A stretch of DNA of 64,000 nucleotides from Oscillospiraceae bacterium (GTDB taxonomy: Bacteria; Bacillota; Clostridia; Oscillospirales; Acutalibacteraceae). Each line of letters begins with the position of its first letter. Within the stretch, counting starts at the first letter, position 1. Where the stretch lies: assembly GCA_015066595.1 (NCBI GenBank), contig SVNZ01000003.1, positions 112,836 through 176,835 on the forward strand, read 5' to 3'. This document shows positions 36,362-46,584 of the stretch, piece by piece. The notes beneath the pieces were generated by a model. The model was not told where the DNA came from, made no database searches, and was given only the letters and a program-made list of their open reading frames with translations. The translations under genes were made by a program, and so were the position numbers.

Positions 36362-37783
36362 TTATGGTGCCTGAATTTCCCATGTTATTCCGTCTTTTGA
36401 GTCTTTCACAACAACGTGCATTGCAGAAAGTTCATCACGGATTTTATCAGCAGTAGCCCAGTCTTTTTGAGCTCTAGCTTCTTGTCGTTTTGCGATAAGC
36501 TCTTCAATTTTTTTAGTATCAACACTTGAATTTTTTTGCTCGTTTTCGGCTTTGATTTTGTTTGCTTCTTCAATGAGGTTGAGACTTAATACTTTGTCAA
36601 AATCAGCGATGAGGTAGAGCTTTGTCTTGTCGTTAGTCTTAGCTTTTAATACATCGTACAGACTTGTAAGACCAAGAGATGTGTTCAGGTCATTGTCCAT
36701 ACTATTCTTGAATTTTGCGATATATTCGTTTGCCACTTCCATATCGACTTCGCCCTCGTCTTTGTACTTTGCGATTCGGTTGACCAGCTTGTTATATGAA
36801 ATTACTGTGTTGTCAAGAATATCAAAGTCAAACATCAGAGGTTTTCTGTAGTGTGACTGTAAGCAGAACATTCTGTACGCAAGTGGGTTGTATCCTTTTT
36901 CTTCGAGTAGTGATACGGTGAGGAACTCTCCCTTTGACTTGCTCATTTTGCCTCGTTTGTCGAGCAGGTGGAGTACATGGAACCAGTACTTGCACCACTG
37001 GTGACCTAAGTATGCTTCAGACTGTGCGATTTCGTTAGTATGGTGAGGAAAAGCGTTATCAACTCCACCACAGTGAATATCGCAGTACTCGCCCAAATGT
37101 TTGATGGAAATCGAGCTGCACTCAATGTGCCAACCCGGATAACCAACACCCCAAGGTGAGTCCCATTTTAATTCTTGATCATCAAATTTTGACTTAGTAA
37201 ACCACAGCACAAAGTCGGTTTTGTTACGCTTTGCGAGGTCTTCTTCAACGTCGTCACGAACACCTACTTCGAGGTCTTCCTGCTTTTGGTTACCAAAAAC
37301 ATAGTATTTGTCGAGCTTTGATGTATCAAAGTACACGTTGCCACCTGAGATGTATGCGTACTCCTTCTCTAGCAATACAGACACCATTTCGATGAACTCA
37401 TCGATACAGTTTGTAGCAGGCTCGACTACGTCAGGAGTTTTGATGTTGAGTTTTTTGCAGTCCTCAAAGAAAGCATCAGTATAAAACTTTGCGATTTCGA
37501 GCACGGTCTTTTTTTCACGCTTAGCACCCTTGAGCATTTTGTCTTCGCCAGTATCAGCATCGCTGGAGAGATGTCCTACGTCTGTGATGTTCATAACTCG
37601 TGTCACGTCATAGCCTGAGTATCTTAGATACTTTTCGAGTACGTCTTCCATGATGTATGTGCGCAGGTTTCCGATGTGAGCGTAGTGATATACAGTAGGG
37701 CCACAGGTGTACATCCTGACACGCTTGCCCTCAAAAGGAATGAACTGTTGTTTTTCGTTGCCTAAGGTGTTGTAGAGAATCAT
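36362..37783 (-). CDS. cysS: Cysteinyl-tRNA synthetase
   Basis: YTCGPTVY..AHIGN, PGWHIECS, FPHHTNEIAQS, KMSKS. Confidence 0.98.
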   Translation of the reverse strand: MILYNTLGNEKQQFIPFEGKRVRMYTCGPTVYHYAHIGNLRTYIMEDVLEKYLRYSGYDVTRVMNITDVGHLSSDADTGEDKMLKGAKREKKTVLEIAKFYTDAFFEDCKKLNIKTPDVVEPATNCIDEFIEMVSVLLEKEYAYISGGNVYFDTSKLDKYYVFGNQKQEDLEVGVRDDVEEDLAKRNKTDFVLWFTKSKFDDQELKWDSPWGVGYPGWHIECSSISIKHLGEYCDIHCGGVDNAFPHHTNEIAQSEAYLGHQWCKYWFHVLHLLDKRGKMSKSKGEFLTVSLLEEKGYNPLAYRMFCLQSHYRKPLMFDFDILDNTVISYNKLVNRIAKYKDEGEVDMEVANEYIAKFKNSMDNDLNTSLGLTSLYDVLKAKTNDKTKLYLIADFDKVLSLNLIEEANKIKAENEQKNSSVDTKKIEELIAKRQEARAQKDWATADKIRDELSAMHVVVKDSKDGITWEIQAP

Positions 37784-38409
37784 TGTTTTTCCTCCAGTTG
37801 TTTTTTAAGATTGTCGATTTGAATCTGCATTTTGCACAGCTCTTGTGCGACTGGGTCACTGTAGTGAATCTGGTCAAGATAGTCGAGTTTTTCACCGTTG
37901 ATTTTGACGACTCTAGCAGGTACACCGACAGCGGTAGCGTTGTCAGGAACTTCGGTGAGTACCACAGCACCCGCAGCAATTCGAGCGTTGTCACCGACTC
38001 TGAATGGGCCCAGCACTTTCGCCCCTGAGCCAACCAGCACATTGTTGCCAAGTGTAGGGTGACGTTTGCCGTGTTCTTTACCTGTACCACCTAGCGTTAC
38101 ATTCTGATACAAAGTACAGTTATCGCCGATGATAGTAGTCTCACCGATGACAACACCCATACCGTGGTCAATGAACAGTCCCTTGCCGATTTTAGCCCCG
38201 GGGTGTATCTCGACACCTGTTTTGTGTCGAGCACGCTGGGAAATATATCGTGCAATGAATTTCATGTTATGATTATAAAACCAGTGAGCTCGTCTATAAC
38301 TTCTGACCGCTTTGTAGCCTGAGTACAAAAAGAAAACTTCCATTTTAGATCTGGCCGCAGGGTCACGCTCCATAACGGAATTAAGATCAGCTATCAAAGT
38401 CTTGAACAT
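37780..38409 (-). CDS. cysE: Serine O-acetyltransferase
   Basis: RDPAARS, TGVEIHPGA.IGKGLFIDHGMGVVIGET, KRHPTLG. Confidence 0.98.
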   Translation of the reverse strand: MFKTLIADLNSVMERDPAARSKMEVFFLYSGYKAVRSYRRAHWFYNHNMKFIARYISQRARHKTGVEIHPGAKIGKGLFIDHGMGVVIGETTIIGDNCTLYQNVTLGGTGKEHGKRHPTLGNNVLVGSGAKVLGPFRVGDNARIAAGAVVLTEVPDNATAVGVPARVVKINGEKLDYLDQIHYSDPVAQELCKMQIQIDNLKKQLEEKQ

Positions 38410-38438
38410 AAATATTCTCCTAACCTGTCATGTATAAC

Positions 38439-38675
38439 AAAAAATGCGTCATCCCAAAAGGGACGACGCAGTCGTGGTTCCACCCAAGTTCAGTCGATAT
38501 AAAAAATCGACCCTTTGTGTCATATAACGGTGACTACCGTGTGAGGATACTGTAGTTCCCCTCACAAGCTCACAGGTGCATTTCGCCCAAATCGATCAAA
38601 GGAAATTCCAGCATACATTCCTCTCTCTGATGACGTCTTTTGAACTACTTCTCCTGCTCAAAGCCTTCTTATATC
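38439..38675 (-). ncRNA. Cys T-box riboswitch leader
   Basis: AACTTGGGTGGAACCACG T-box (38490-38473); terminator 38470-38439; GAAA-TGC specifier (Cys) at 38580-38578; promoter TTGCAT-17-TATAAT. Confidence 0.93.
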
Positions 38676-38715
38676 ATTAGTATTATATACATTATATCAA
38701 AAAAATGCAATACTT

Positions 38716-39300
38716 TTACATTTCGCTTATTGCATCTTTATTATCGAGTACGTATTTCACACCCGAAATAACAGTGAACACAACAGAAATCCACAGCATA
38801 ACTTCGCCGATGATGTAGAAAATATACTCCCACTTGAAGTAATCAAAAGCATCAACAAAAGTATCTAAAACTTCAAATAAAGTTTGTAGAGCAAACACGC
38901 CGACGATAGCAATAATCTGTGTCACTGTTTTGACTTTGCCCCACATATTAGCAGCAACAACCTTGCCTTGAGAAGCAGCAGAAAGTCGAACAGAAGTGAC
39001 GACAAACTCTCTGAAAAGTACGATAATGAGAATGATAGGGTCGCACAACTCTTTTGCTAAAAAGCACACAAGTGCTGATATAACAAGAATTTTGTCAGCG
39101 ATTGGGTCAGCGAATTTGCCGAAATTTGTGATAAGATTACGCTCTCGTGCAATTTTACCGTCAAAGTAGTCGGTGAGCGAAGCTGCACCAAAGATGAGCC
39201 CTGCAAAAAGATAATTGTAAGATACAGGTATCAGCAGTGCTGCCACCATAAAAGGCACAAGAATAATGCGGAGTATAGTAAGTTTGTTAGGTAAATTCAT
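38716..39300 (-). CDS. pgsA: CDP-diacylglycerol--glycerol-3-phosphate 3-phosphatidyltransferase
   Basis: MNLPNKLT, TDYFDGKIARE...FGKFADPIADK, GKVKT. Confidence 0.96.
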   Translation of the reverse strand: MNLPNKLTILRIILVPFMVAALLIPVSYNYLFAGLIFGAASLTDYFDGKIARERNLITNFGKFADPIADKILVISALVCFLAKELCDPIILIIVLFREFVVTSVRLSAASQGKVVAANMWGKVKTVTQIIAIVGVFALQTLFEVLDTFVDAFDYFKWEYIFYIIGEVMLWISVVFTVISGVKYVLDNKDAISEM

Positions 39301-39301
39301 T

Positions 39302-40633
39302 TTATGCCTCCATTTCGCCTACTAAATCGCAGTCAAGATAGTCAGTGATTTTCACCTTCACGATGTCGCCCTGACGTGGTTTGTCACCCGTTACTGTGAA
39401 GAACACGCACGGATCAACCTCAGGTGCGTCGAGCACTGATCGACCAAAATAACACTCTGCATAGCGGTCAAAGCCATCGACCAAAACGTCGAGCGTTTTG
39501 CCGATATGCTTCTGGCAGCCTTTTTCCATAATGATAGCCTGCTGTTCTGTGATAATTTGTGCTCTGTGAGCTTTTACTTCTTCATCGAGCTGATTGTCAT
39601 ATTCTCCTGCCGGAGTGTCTTCCTCCTGAGAATATGCAAAACAGCCGAGTCGCTCAAATTTCATATCGCTTACAAACTGCGATAGCTCAGCAAACTGTTC
39701 TTCAGTTTCGCCCGGAAAACCTGCGATAAGTGTTGTGCGCAGAGTGATATCAGGAATTTCTTTACGAAGCTTTGTGATAAGCGCAGTAAGGCTGTGCTTA
39801 TCACCGTGTCGGTTCATTTTAGAAAGCACGTCGCCGTTGCAGTGTTGAAGTGGAATATCAAGATATTTCACAATTTTTTCTTCAGTTTTGATGGTTTCAA
39901 TAAGCTCGTCCGTAATTCTGTCAGGATAGCAGTATAGTATGCGTATCCATTTCAAGTCTTCAATTTTACACAGTTCTTTTAAGAGGGTAGGGAGCATCAG
40001 CTTACCGTAGATATCCTCGCCATAACGAGTGGTATCCTGAGCAATAACATTGAGCTCTTTGACTCCGTTTTTGACAAGATACTCAGCTTCTTCTATGATG
40101 CTTTCCATCGTGCGACTTCTGAAATGTCCACGAATAAGCGGAATAGCACAGTATGTACAGCAGTTGTCACAACCGTCGGCAACCCTTAGGTATGCATAAT
40201 GCTGTAGTGTTGACTGCACTCTTTTTCCATCAAGAGGCATAAGTGATATATCAGGAAAGCTTTCAAACAGCTCGTTTTCGAGTGCCTTATCTATAGCATC
40301 ACAGATGTCACCGTTTGCACCAAGTCCCACAACAGCGTCAGCTTCAGTGATAAGCTCTTTTATCTGGTGCTGATAGCGCTGAGCAAGACAGCCTGTCACG
40401 ATGATTTTTTTAATTTTACCTTCTTCTTTGAGTTTAGCAAGTTCTAAAATCTCGTTGATGCTTTCCTGTTTTGATGACTCGATAAAGCCACAGGTGTTGA
40501 TGACAGCTACAGATGCCTGTGCTGCGTCTTCGATGATACGATAACCGTATTCTCTGACTTTGCTCATCATCATTTCGCAGTCAACGCGATTTTTTGCACA
40601 ACCTAAAGACACAAAACCGACAGTAATAGACAT
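39302..40633 (-). CDS. rimO: Ribosomal protein S12 methylthiotransferase
   Basis: SLGCAKN.VD, NTCGFI, DGCDNCCTYC radical SAM motif, DAPEVD TRAM domain. Confidence 0.95.
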   Translation of the reverse strand: MSITVGFVSLGCAKNRVDCEMMMSKVREYGYRIIEDAAQASVAVINTCGFIESSKQESINEILELAKLKEEGKIKKIIVTGCLAQRYQHQIKELITEADAVVGLGANGDICDAIDKALENELFESFPDISLMPLDGKRVQSTLQHYAYLRVADGCDNCCTYCAIPLIRGHFRSRTMESIIEEAEYLVKNGVKELNVIAQDTTRYGEDIYGKLMLPTLLKELCKIEDLKWIRILYCYPDRITDELIETIKTEEKIVKYLDIPLQHCNGDVLSKMNRHGDKHSLTALITKLRKEIPDITLRTTLIAGFPGETEEQFAELSQFVSDMKFERLGCFAYSQEEDTPAGEYDNQLDEEVKAHRAQIITEQQAIIMEKGCQKHIGKTLDVLVDGFDRYAECYFGRSVLDAPEVDPCVFFTVTGDKPRQGDIVKVKITDYLDCDLVGEMEA

Positions 40634-40647
40634 TTTATTCTCCAGAA

Positions 40648-41268
40648 TCAGTAGTAGTAATCTTCGTCAATGTAGTTGTTAAGCACGCTTTTGATATCGC
40701 AGTAGCTGTAGCCCAGACGCTGTAGAGCGTTGATACATCTGCGTTTGCCTTTTTCTTCGTTTAATATATGAGCGTACTTTTTATCTATAATAGCCTGTAT
40801 GTTGCTTTCAACATCACATTCGAGCGAGTCGACCGTGTCACGCGCGAGCTCTTTGTCAATACCTTTTTCGATGAGCTTTCTAACAGCCCCCATGGGTGAC
40901 ATTCGCTTTAAGTTGAGTAGGTCAGTAGCATAGCGCCGAGCATAGTTTTCGTCGTTTACGAGTCCTAGCTCTTCGAGTCGTTCTACAGCCTTTGTGGCTG
41001 CGTCAAAGCTACTGTGTTTGCTCACTTTTTCTATCAGTTCGTGCTTTGAATGATCACGGTACGATATCAGCCACATAGCTTTATCTTTCGCTCTTTTTGT
41101 ATCAGAGAGTGTGATAAGCTCATGTAGCTTTTCGTCACTTATCTCATCACCAACATCAACTCGCAGTGATAGCACGGTTTCAGTATCAACCTTTGTGACA
41201 AACTCACCGTCGATGTATAAAGCGCACAGCCCTTTTTTCTTGGGCTCAATAGCAGTAACAGTCATCAA
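40648..41268 (-). CDS. recX: Regulatory protein RecX
   Basis: [15 protein letters not shown]...[11 protein letters not shown]; follows recA. Confidence 0.92.
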   Translation of the reverse strand: MMTVTAIEPKKKGLCALYIDGEFVTKVDTETVLSLRVDVGDEISDEKLHELITLSDTKRAKDKAMWLISYRDHSKHELIEKVSKHSSFDAATKAVERLEELGLVNDENYARRYATDLLNLKRMSPMGAVRKLIEKGIDKELARDTVDSLECDVESNIQAIIDKKYAHILNEEKGKRRCINALQRLGYSYCDIKSVLNNYIDEDYYY

Positions 41269-42362
41269 TCTTCAACTAAAATGTCGATGTTTGATTTGCT
41301 ACCTTTTGCAGCAGGCTTTGATTCAGCCGGCTTAGAAATCAAAGTAGCTTTAGCAGGTTTTTTGACACGAGTGCTCAGCTTGTCGATATTTTGCCACAGC
41401 AAAGTTTCGATTTCATTTCTGAGCTCTACATTGTTTTCAAGAAGCTCTTTGACGTTATCACGACCCTGACCGAGTCTTGTTTCGCCGAAGTTAAACCAAG
41501 CACCTGACTTCTGAACAACGTCAGCCTTAACAGCAAGGTCAATGAGCTCGCCTGTGCGAGATATGCCCTTACCGTACATAATATCAAATTCAGCCTCCTT
41601 AAACGGAGGAGCAATTTTATTCTTAACAACCTTAGCACGTGTGCGTGAGCCGATCATTTCGCCATTTTGTTTGAGTGTTTCAACTCTGCGGATATCAATT
41701 CGAACAGAAGAATAGAACTTGAGCGCTCTACCGCCAGGAGTAACCTCAGGGCTTCCGTAGATAACGCCAACTTTTTCTCGAAGCTGGTTGATAAAGATAG
41801 CAACGCAGTTAGATTTTGAGATAGCACCGGCAAGCTTTCTTAACGCCTGTGACATAAGTCGAGCCTGAAGGCCAACATGAGAATCGCCCATTTCGCCTTC
41901 GATTTCTGCTTTTGGAACAAGAGCAGCAACAGAGTCGATAACTATAACATCGATAGCACCACTGCGGATAAGTGCTTCAGCAATTTCAAGTGCGTCTTCA
42001 CCTGTATCAGGCTGAGAAACTAAAAGCGAGTCAACGTCAACACCGAGAGCCTGCGCATATACTGGATCGAGTGCGTGCTCAACGTCAATAAAAGCAACGT
42101 TGCCACCGTCTTTTTGACCTTCAGCAATACAGTGTAGTGATAAAGTAGTTTTACCTGAGCTTTCAGGTCCGTATATTTCGATGATTCTGCCACGAGGCAG
42201 ACCGCCGATACCGAGAGCGATATCAAGTGACAATGAACCTGTTGATACGTGGCCGACATTTAATGCTGAGTCCTGACCCAAGCGCATGACAGCGCCCTTG
42301 CCGAATTGTTTTTCAATCTGACCTAAAGCGGTCTCGAGTGCCTTATTCTTATCGATTGCCAT
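41265..42362 (-). CDS. recA: Recombinase RecA
   Basis: [39 protein letters not shown]. Confidence 0.99.
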   Translation of the reverse strand: MAIDKNKALETALGQIEKQFGKGAVMRLGQDSALNVGHVSTGSLSLDIALGIGGLPRGRIIEIYGPESSGKTTLSLHCIAEGQKDGGNVAFIDVEHALDPVYAQALGVDVDSLLVSQPDTGEDALEIAEALIRSGAIDVIVIDSVAALVPKAEIEGEMGDSHVGLQARLMSQALRKLAGAISKSNCVAIFINQLREKVGVIYGSPEVTPGGRALKFYSSVRIDIRRVETLKQNGEMIGSRTRAKVVKNKIAPPFKEAEFDIMYGKGISRTGELIDLAVKADVVQKSGAWFNFGETRLGQGRDNVKELLENNVELRNEIETLLWQNIDKLSTRVKKPAKATLISKPAESKPAAKGSKSNIDILVED

Positions 42363-42406
42363 ATAAAAATCTCCTTTTGGGCTTGGCCCTATATAATACG
42401 GTAAGA

Positions 42407-42456
42407 ATTATACCATAAAAATCGACAAATTTCAACAATTTTCGAAAATATGTTCT
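42407..42456 (-). promoter_or_regulatory. recA sigmaA promoter with a candidate LexA (Cheo) box
   Basis: TTGAAA(42435)-17-TATAAT(42412), TG-extended; CGAAAATATGTTCT (42443-42456) is one mismatch from GAAC-N4-GTTC. Confidence 0.7.
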
Positions 42457-42474
42457 AATTGTAACCTTTTTAGT

Positions 42475-43320
42475 TTATGGTTTATACTGAGCGGTTATAG
42501 CACGGACAGTGGAAGACAAATCAAGGTGCCCTTGTATATCACAAAAGCCCGCATTACATAGCAGGGAAGAGATGTAAGAAAACTGTCCTTCACCGATTTC
42601 GAATGCGATATGGCCGCTGTGTTTTAGCTTTTTACTCCATTCATTTATGATACCACGATAAAAATCGTAACCGTCTTTTCCGCCATCTAATGCAAGAAGA
42701 GGTTCAAACTGCACCTCTTTCTGGAGTGTGGGTATTTCATCGGTGATGATGTACGGTGGGTTTGACACAATAAGGTCAAAAAAAGAATCAGCAAAGTCAT
42801 TCACACAGTCGTACAAATCAGCGTGAATAGTTTTGACATCGGCATCGTTATCTTTGCAGTTATCCTGCAAATAAGAGTACGCAATGTCACTTTTTTCGAC
42901 TGCATAGACAGTACTTTTTTTAAATATCTTTTTGAGCGTTACTGCGATGATGCCACTGCCTGAGCACAAGTCAACGATAGTTTTATCATCATCACAAAGC
43001 AGTTTCTTGCACGCATTTACGAGCACTTCGGTGTCGTCCCTCGGTATGAGCACACCTTCACCTACTTTGTAAGCATTATCCATAAAGTACCACTTCTTTG
43101 TGATGTATTGTATGGGCTCACCTAGGGAACGCCTTTTTATGCACTCTTTGAGTATATCGAGCTTATTGTTATCAACAGCTTCAGTTGCACGCACAGTGAT
43201 GTCAGTGCGAGTCATAGAAAACACGTGTTCAAAAAGGTATATAGTATCAAAGGCGGGGTCTTCAACGCCCGCCTTCAAAAGTTGTTGTTTAGTAAAATTA
43301 AAAGCTTCTTTGATATTCAT
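42475..43320 (-). CDS. prmC: Release factor glutamine methyltransferase
   Basis: EPIQYI, VLIPRDDTE, DLCSGSG, SNPPYI, LALDGGKDG. Confidence 0.96.
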   Translation of the reverse strand: MNIKEAFNFTKQQLLKAGVEDPAFDTIYLFEHVFSMTRTDITVRATEAVDNNKLDILKECIKRRSLGEPIQYITKKWYFMDNAYKVGEGVLIPRDDTEVLVNACKKLLCDDDKTIVDLCSGSGIIAVTLKKIFKKSTVYAVEKSDIAYSYLQDNCKDNDADVKTIHADLYDCVNDFADSFFDLIVSNPPYIITDEIPTLQKEVQFEPLLALDGGKDGYDFYRGIINEWSKKLKHSGHIAFEIGEGQFSYISSLLCNAGFCDIQGHLDLSSTVRAITAQYKP

Positions 43321-43329
43321 TGAAAGTGA

Positions 43330-44319
43330 TTATTGCTTATCGCAACAGTTAGAAATAATATCCGAACCGTCATCAGGGATGACAGCGGTCATAGCCTCTA
43401 TAGCAACCTCGATCATTTTGTTATCAGGCTCTCTTGTAGTGATTCTCTGAGCCCAAAGACCCGGGGTCGCAAGAAAGCGAGTGAACTTGTTGTCGTGTTT
43501 GCCACAGAATTTGATGCACTCGTAGCCGATACCAATCATCAGTGGAAGAAGTGCGAGTTTGAATACCGGACGCAGTATGCTGATACCAAAAGGTGCAGCC
43601 GGAATGAAAAGCCCGAGCACGATACCGATGAGTAGCGTAATAACAAGAAAGCTTGTACCACAACGTGGGTGGAATCTGCTCTGCTTCTCTATATTCTCAA
43701 CAGTGAGGTCTAAACCTTCTTCATAGCAGAAGATGGTTTTATGTTCAGCGCCATGATACATAAATACTCGTTTCATTTCTTCCATTCTTGAGCAAAGGAC
43801 AACATAGCCTAAAAACAGTGCGATTTTCAAAACGCCTTCAAAAACTGATTTAGCAAGTACGACTTCTTTGATAGAAGGGAAGAGCAGTGCCAGCAAATCA
43901 TACAAAAGTGATGGCAAGAAAAAGAAAAGTCCGACAGCGAGGATTACGCCCAGTACTGTAGCGATAACCATAACAACTTTCATCAGGTTGTCGCCGAGCT
44001 TATCAAGTAGCCATTTTTCGAATTTTGATGGTTCTTCCTCTTCAATTTCGCCTGCTTCCAGAGCTTTATCAGCGGAGATGGAAAGAGCCTTGTAGCTCAG
44101 TCGCATTGAGTCAACAATACCTGTGATGCCTCGAATGATAGGCAATCTCCAAAACTTTGACTTAGAAGCCAGCGAAGAAAAACTGAGGTCTTCTGTGTGT
44201 ATTTCATTTTCACCGGTGCGTACAGCGACTGTGGTGCGTTTAGGACCACGCATCATAATGCCCTCGATAAGGGCGCTACCACCGATAGAAGTAATTTTTC
44301 TTTGATTTATTTGAGCCAT
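43330..44319 (-). CDS. DUF1385-family membrane protein
   Basis: IGGSALIEGIMMR, YHGAEHKTI, HPRCGTSF, TTREP. Confidence 0.92.
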   Translation of the reverse strand: MAQINQRKITSIGGSALIEGIMMRGPKRTTVAVRTGENEIHTEDLSFSSLASKSKFWRLPIIRGITGIVDSMRLSYKALSISADKALEAGEIEEEEPSKFEKWLLDKLGDNLMKVVMVIATVLGVILAVGLFFFLPSLLYDLLALLFPSIKEVVLAKSVFEGVLKIALFLGYVVLCSRMEEMKRVFMYHGAEHKTIFCYEEGLDLTVENIEKQSRFHPRCGTSFLVITLLIGIVLGLFIPAAPFGISILRPVFKLALLPLMIGIGYECIKFCGKHDNKFTRFLATPGLWAQRITTREPDNKMIEVAIEAMTAVIPDDGSDIISNCCDKQ

Positions 44320-44332
44320 AGTTTAATCCTTT

Positions 44333-45796
44333 TTAAATATCAGTATTTTCCGCAGTAACAGGTTCTACCTCGTCCTGATGTTTGTATGTAGGGATACCGA
44401 TAGTAACAGTAGTGCCGACGTCCGGACTTGAGTCGATGTCGAGATGACCGTTGTGGAGTTTGATGATCTCGTCAGCAACTGCCAGTCCAATACCTGAACC
44501 ATTAACTTTTTGGTTAGCTTTGTAGAATTTATCTTTGATTTTAGGGATATCATCTGCAGAAATACCGCAACCGTTGTCAGCAACGACAACTTTGATCATA
44601 TCCTCTTTATAATCCTGATAAACCTGTACACCGATCATACCACCCTCCGGGGTGTATTTGATGGCGTTGTCAAGTACGTTGATAAACACCTGTTTGAGTC
44701 TGTTGCGGTCGCCGTAGACTGGAGGCATAATCTCCGGTTCATCATACAGCAGGTGTTTGCCTTCGGACAGAGCACGCTCTTTGAGCATATATACCGCTTC
44801 GTCAACTTCAGCGAGTATATCAATTTTTTGCATTTGCATAGTAAGACGTCCGCTTTGCAGTTTTGAGAAGTCGAGTAGCTCTTCAACAATACCTGTAAGA
44901 CGTGAGCTTTCTTTTACAATAACGGACATACCCTTTTCGAGTGTTATGCGGTCAGGTACGCCATACTGCATGGTTTCAGCCCAGCCTTTTATAGCTGTCA
45001 GCGGAGTGCGAAGCTCGTGTGATACACGAGAGATAAAGTCGTTCTTGAGCTTTTCAGATGCGTCGAGCTCTTTCGCCATATCGTTTATGGAGTCGCACAG
45101 TTCACCGATTTCGTCATCGTACATTTTGGTGAGCTTTGCATCAAAGTCACCCTGAGCGATGCGTTTAGCGGTTTCGCTCATTTCACGTACAGGCTTTACG
45201 ATAGAGCGTATGAAATAGTTGCCTGAAAAAGCAACGCACGCAATAATGATGAGTCCGACAAAAGACGCAATAAGTGTGATGACAAAGGTGTGCATATTAG
45301 CTTTTCGCAGTGACACGACAAACCTCACAGCACCCACAGAAGTCCCCTTTGAGTTGCGAACGATATGGGTAGTAGCCATAACCTTTTCGCCTGAGCTGAG
45401 TTTGCCTGTCCATTGTGCAAAGCCGGTTTCGTTATTGAGTGCTTCTTTGTAGTCAGGCATAGAAAGGTCTTCGTCACTTTCAAAACCTGTGGACGCAACC
45501 GTCACACGACCGTTAGCGTTTAGGATCATCAGCTCCATGCTTTCTTTGTGCTGAAAATCCTCGACATATTTGGAAGCAGTGCTCTGGAAAATAGCGGTGT
45601 TTTCGCACTTGTATCCGGGGAACACAGCCGACAACTCGCTGTTGCGATTAAGCAGAGCTTGCTCGATAGAAGAGTAGCACAGGGATTTAATCGAAACGCT
45701 CAGACATATTATAAGCAAGGTGATGATAGCAATAATGACACCAAAGGTGTTCATCACCCATCTTTTTGTGATACCTTTTGTGATACCTTTGAACAT
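44333..45796 (-). CDS. HAMP-domain sensor histidine kinase
   Basis: Two TMs, HAMP, SHELRTPLT, NVLDNAIKY, DNGCG, GSGIGL. Confidence 0.96.
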   Translation of the reverse strand: MFKGITKGITKRWVMNTFGVIIAIITLLIICLSVSIKSLCYSSIEQALLNRNSELSAVFPGYKCENTAIFQSTASKYVEDFQHKESMELMILNANGRVTVASTGFESDEDLSMPDYKEALNNETGFAQWTGKLSSGEKVMATTHIVRNSKGTSVGAVRFVVSLRKANMHTFVITLIASFVGLIIIACVAFSGNYFIRSIVKPVREMSETAKRIAQGDFDAKLTKMYDDEIGELCDSINDMAKELDASEKLKNDFISRVSHELRTPLTAIKGWAETMQYGVPDRITLEKGMSVIVKESSRLTGIVEELLDFSKLQSGRLTMQMQKIDILAEVDEAVYMLKERALSEGKHLLYDEPEIMPPVYGDRNRLKQVFINVLDNAIKYTPEGGMIGVQVYQDYKEDMIKVVVADNGCGISADDIPKIKDKFYKANQKVNGSGIGLAVADEIIKLHNGHLDIDSSPDVGTTVTIGIPTYKHQDEVEPVTAENTDI

Positions 45797-45860
45797 TTCG
45801 ATCCCTCCTCTCTAAAAAGCACTATATATCAAAATGCAAAGGTAATTATAGTCCTTTATA

Positions 45861-46562
45861 TTATGTGTCCCACTTGTAGCCAAGGCCCCATACTGTAACG
45901 ATGTACTTAGGGTTAGATGGCTCGTCTTCAACCTTCATTCGAAGTCTTCTGATGTTTACGTCAACGATTTTTTCTTCGCCAACATATGCTTCACCCCAGA
46001 CGTGGTTTAAGATGTCTGTTCTGTCAAGTGCAACACCAGGGTTTGAGAAGAAGTATTCCATAATCTGGAACTCAACCTGTGTCAGTTCAATCATCTTACC
46101 GTTCTTTAAGAGTGCACGATTTCTGAGATTGAGAGAGAAGATGCCTGACTTGAGCTCTTCTTTAAAATTGTTTTCAGCTTTCTGTTCAGCTAAAGCAACT
46201 CTGCGGTACAGAGCGTCTACACGTGCTGTGAGTTCAGAAGGTGAAAATGGCTTTGTGATGTAGTCGTCTGCGCCGAGCATAAGACCAGTAACCTTGTCCA
46301 TTTCCTGAGTACGGGCAGAAAGCATAATGATGCCGATGCCTGAGTTTTTGTTACGCAGTTCTTTACATACCTGAAGACCATCGATGCCCGGCATCATAAT
46401 GTCGAGAATAGCAACATCAAAGTCGCCACCGTTTTCTTCATACTTTTGTAGAGCCATCTCTCCACAGTCGGCCTCTACAACTTCGTAGCCTGCACGTCTA
46501 AGGTTGATTACCACAAAATCGCGGATAGCAGCCTCGTCTTCGCAAACAAGAATCTTTTTCAT
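45861..46562 (-). CDS. OmpR/PhoB-family response regulator
   Basis: CEDE, LDIMMPG, GADDYITKPF, VDVNIRRLR, TVWGLGY. Confidence 0.97.
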   Translation of the reverse strand: MKKILVCEDEAAIRDFVVINLRRAGYEVVEADCGEMALQKYEENGGDFDVAILDIMMPGIDGLQVCKELRNKNSGIGIIMLSARTQEMDKVTGLMLGADDYITKPFSPSELTARVDALYRRVALAEQKAENNFKEELKSGIFSLNLRNRALLKNGKMIELTQVEFQIMEYFFSNPGVALDRTDILNHVWGEAYVGEEKIVDVNIRRLRMKVEDEPSNPKYIVTVWGLGYKWDT

Positions 46563-46584
46563 ACTAAAACCTCCGTTTATAGTT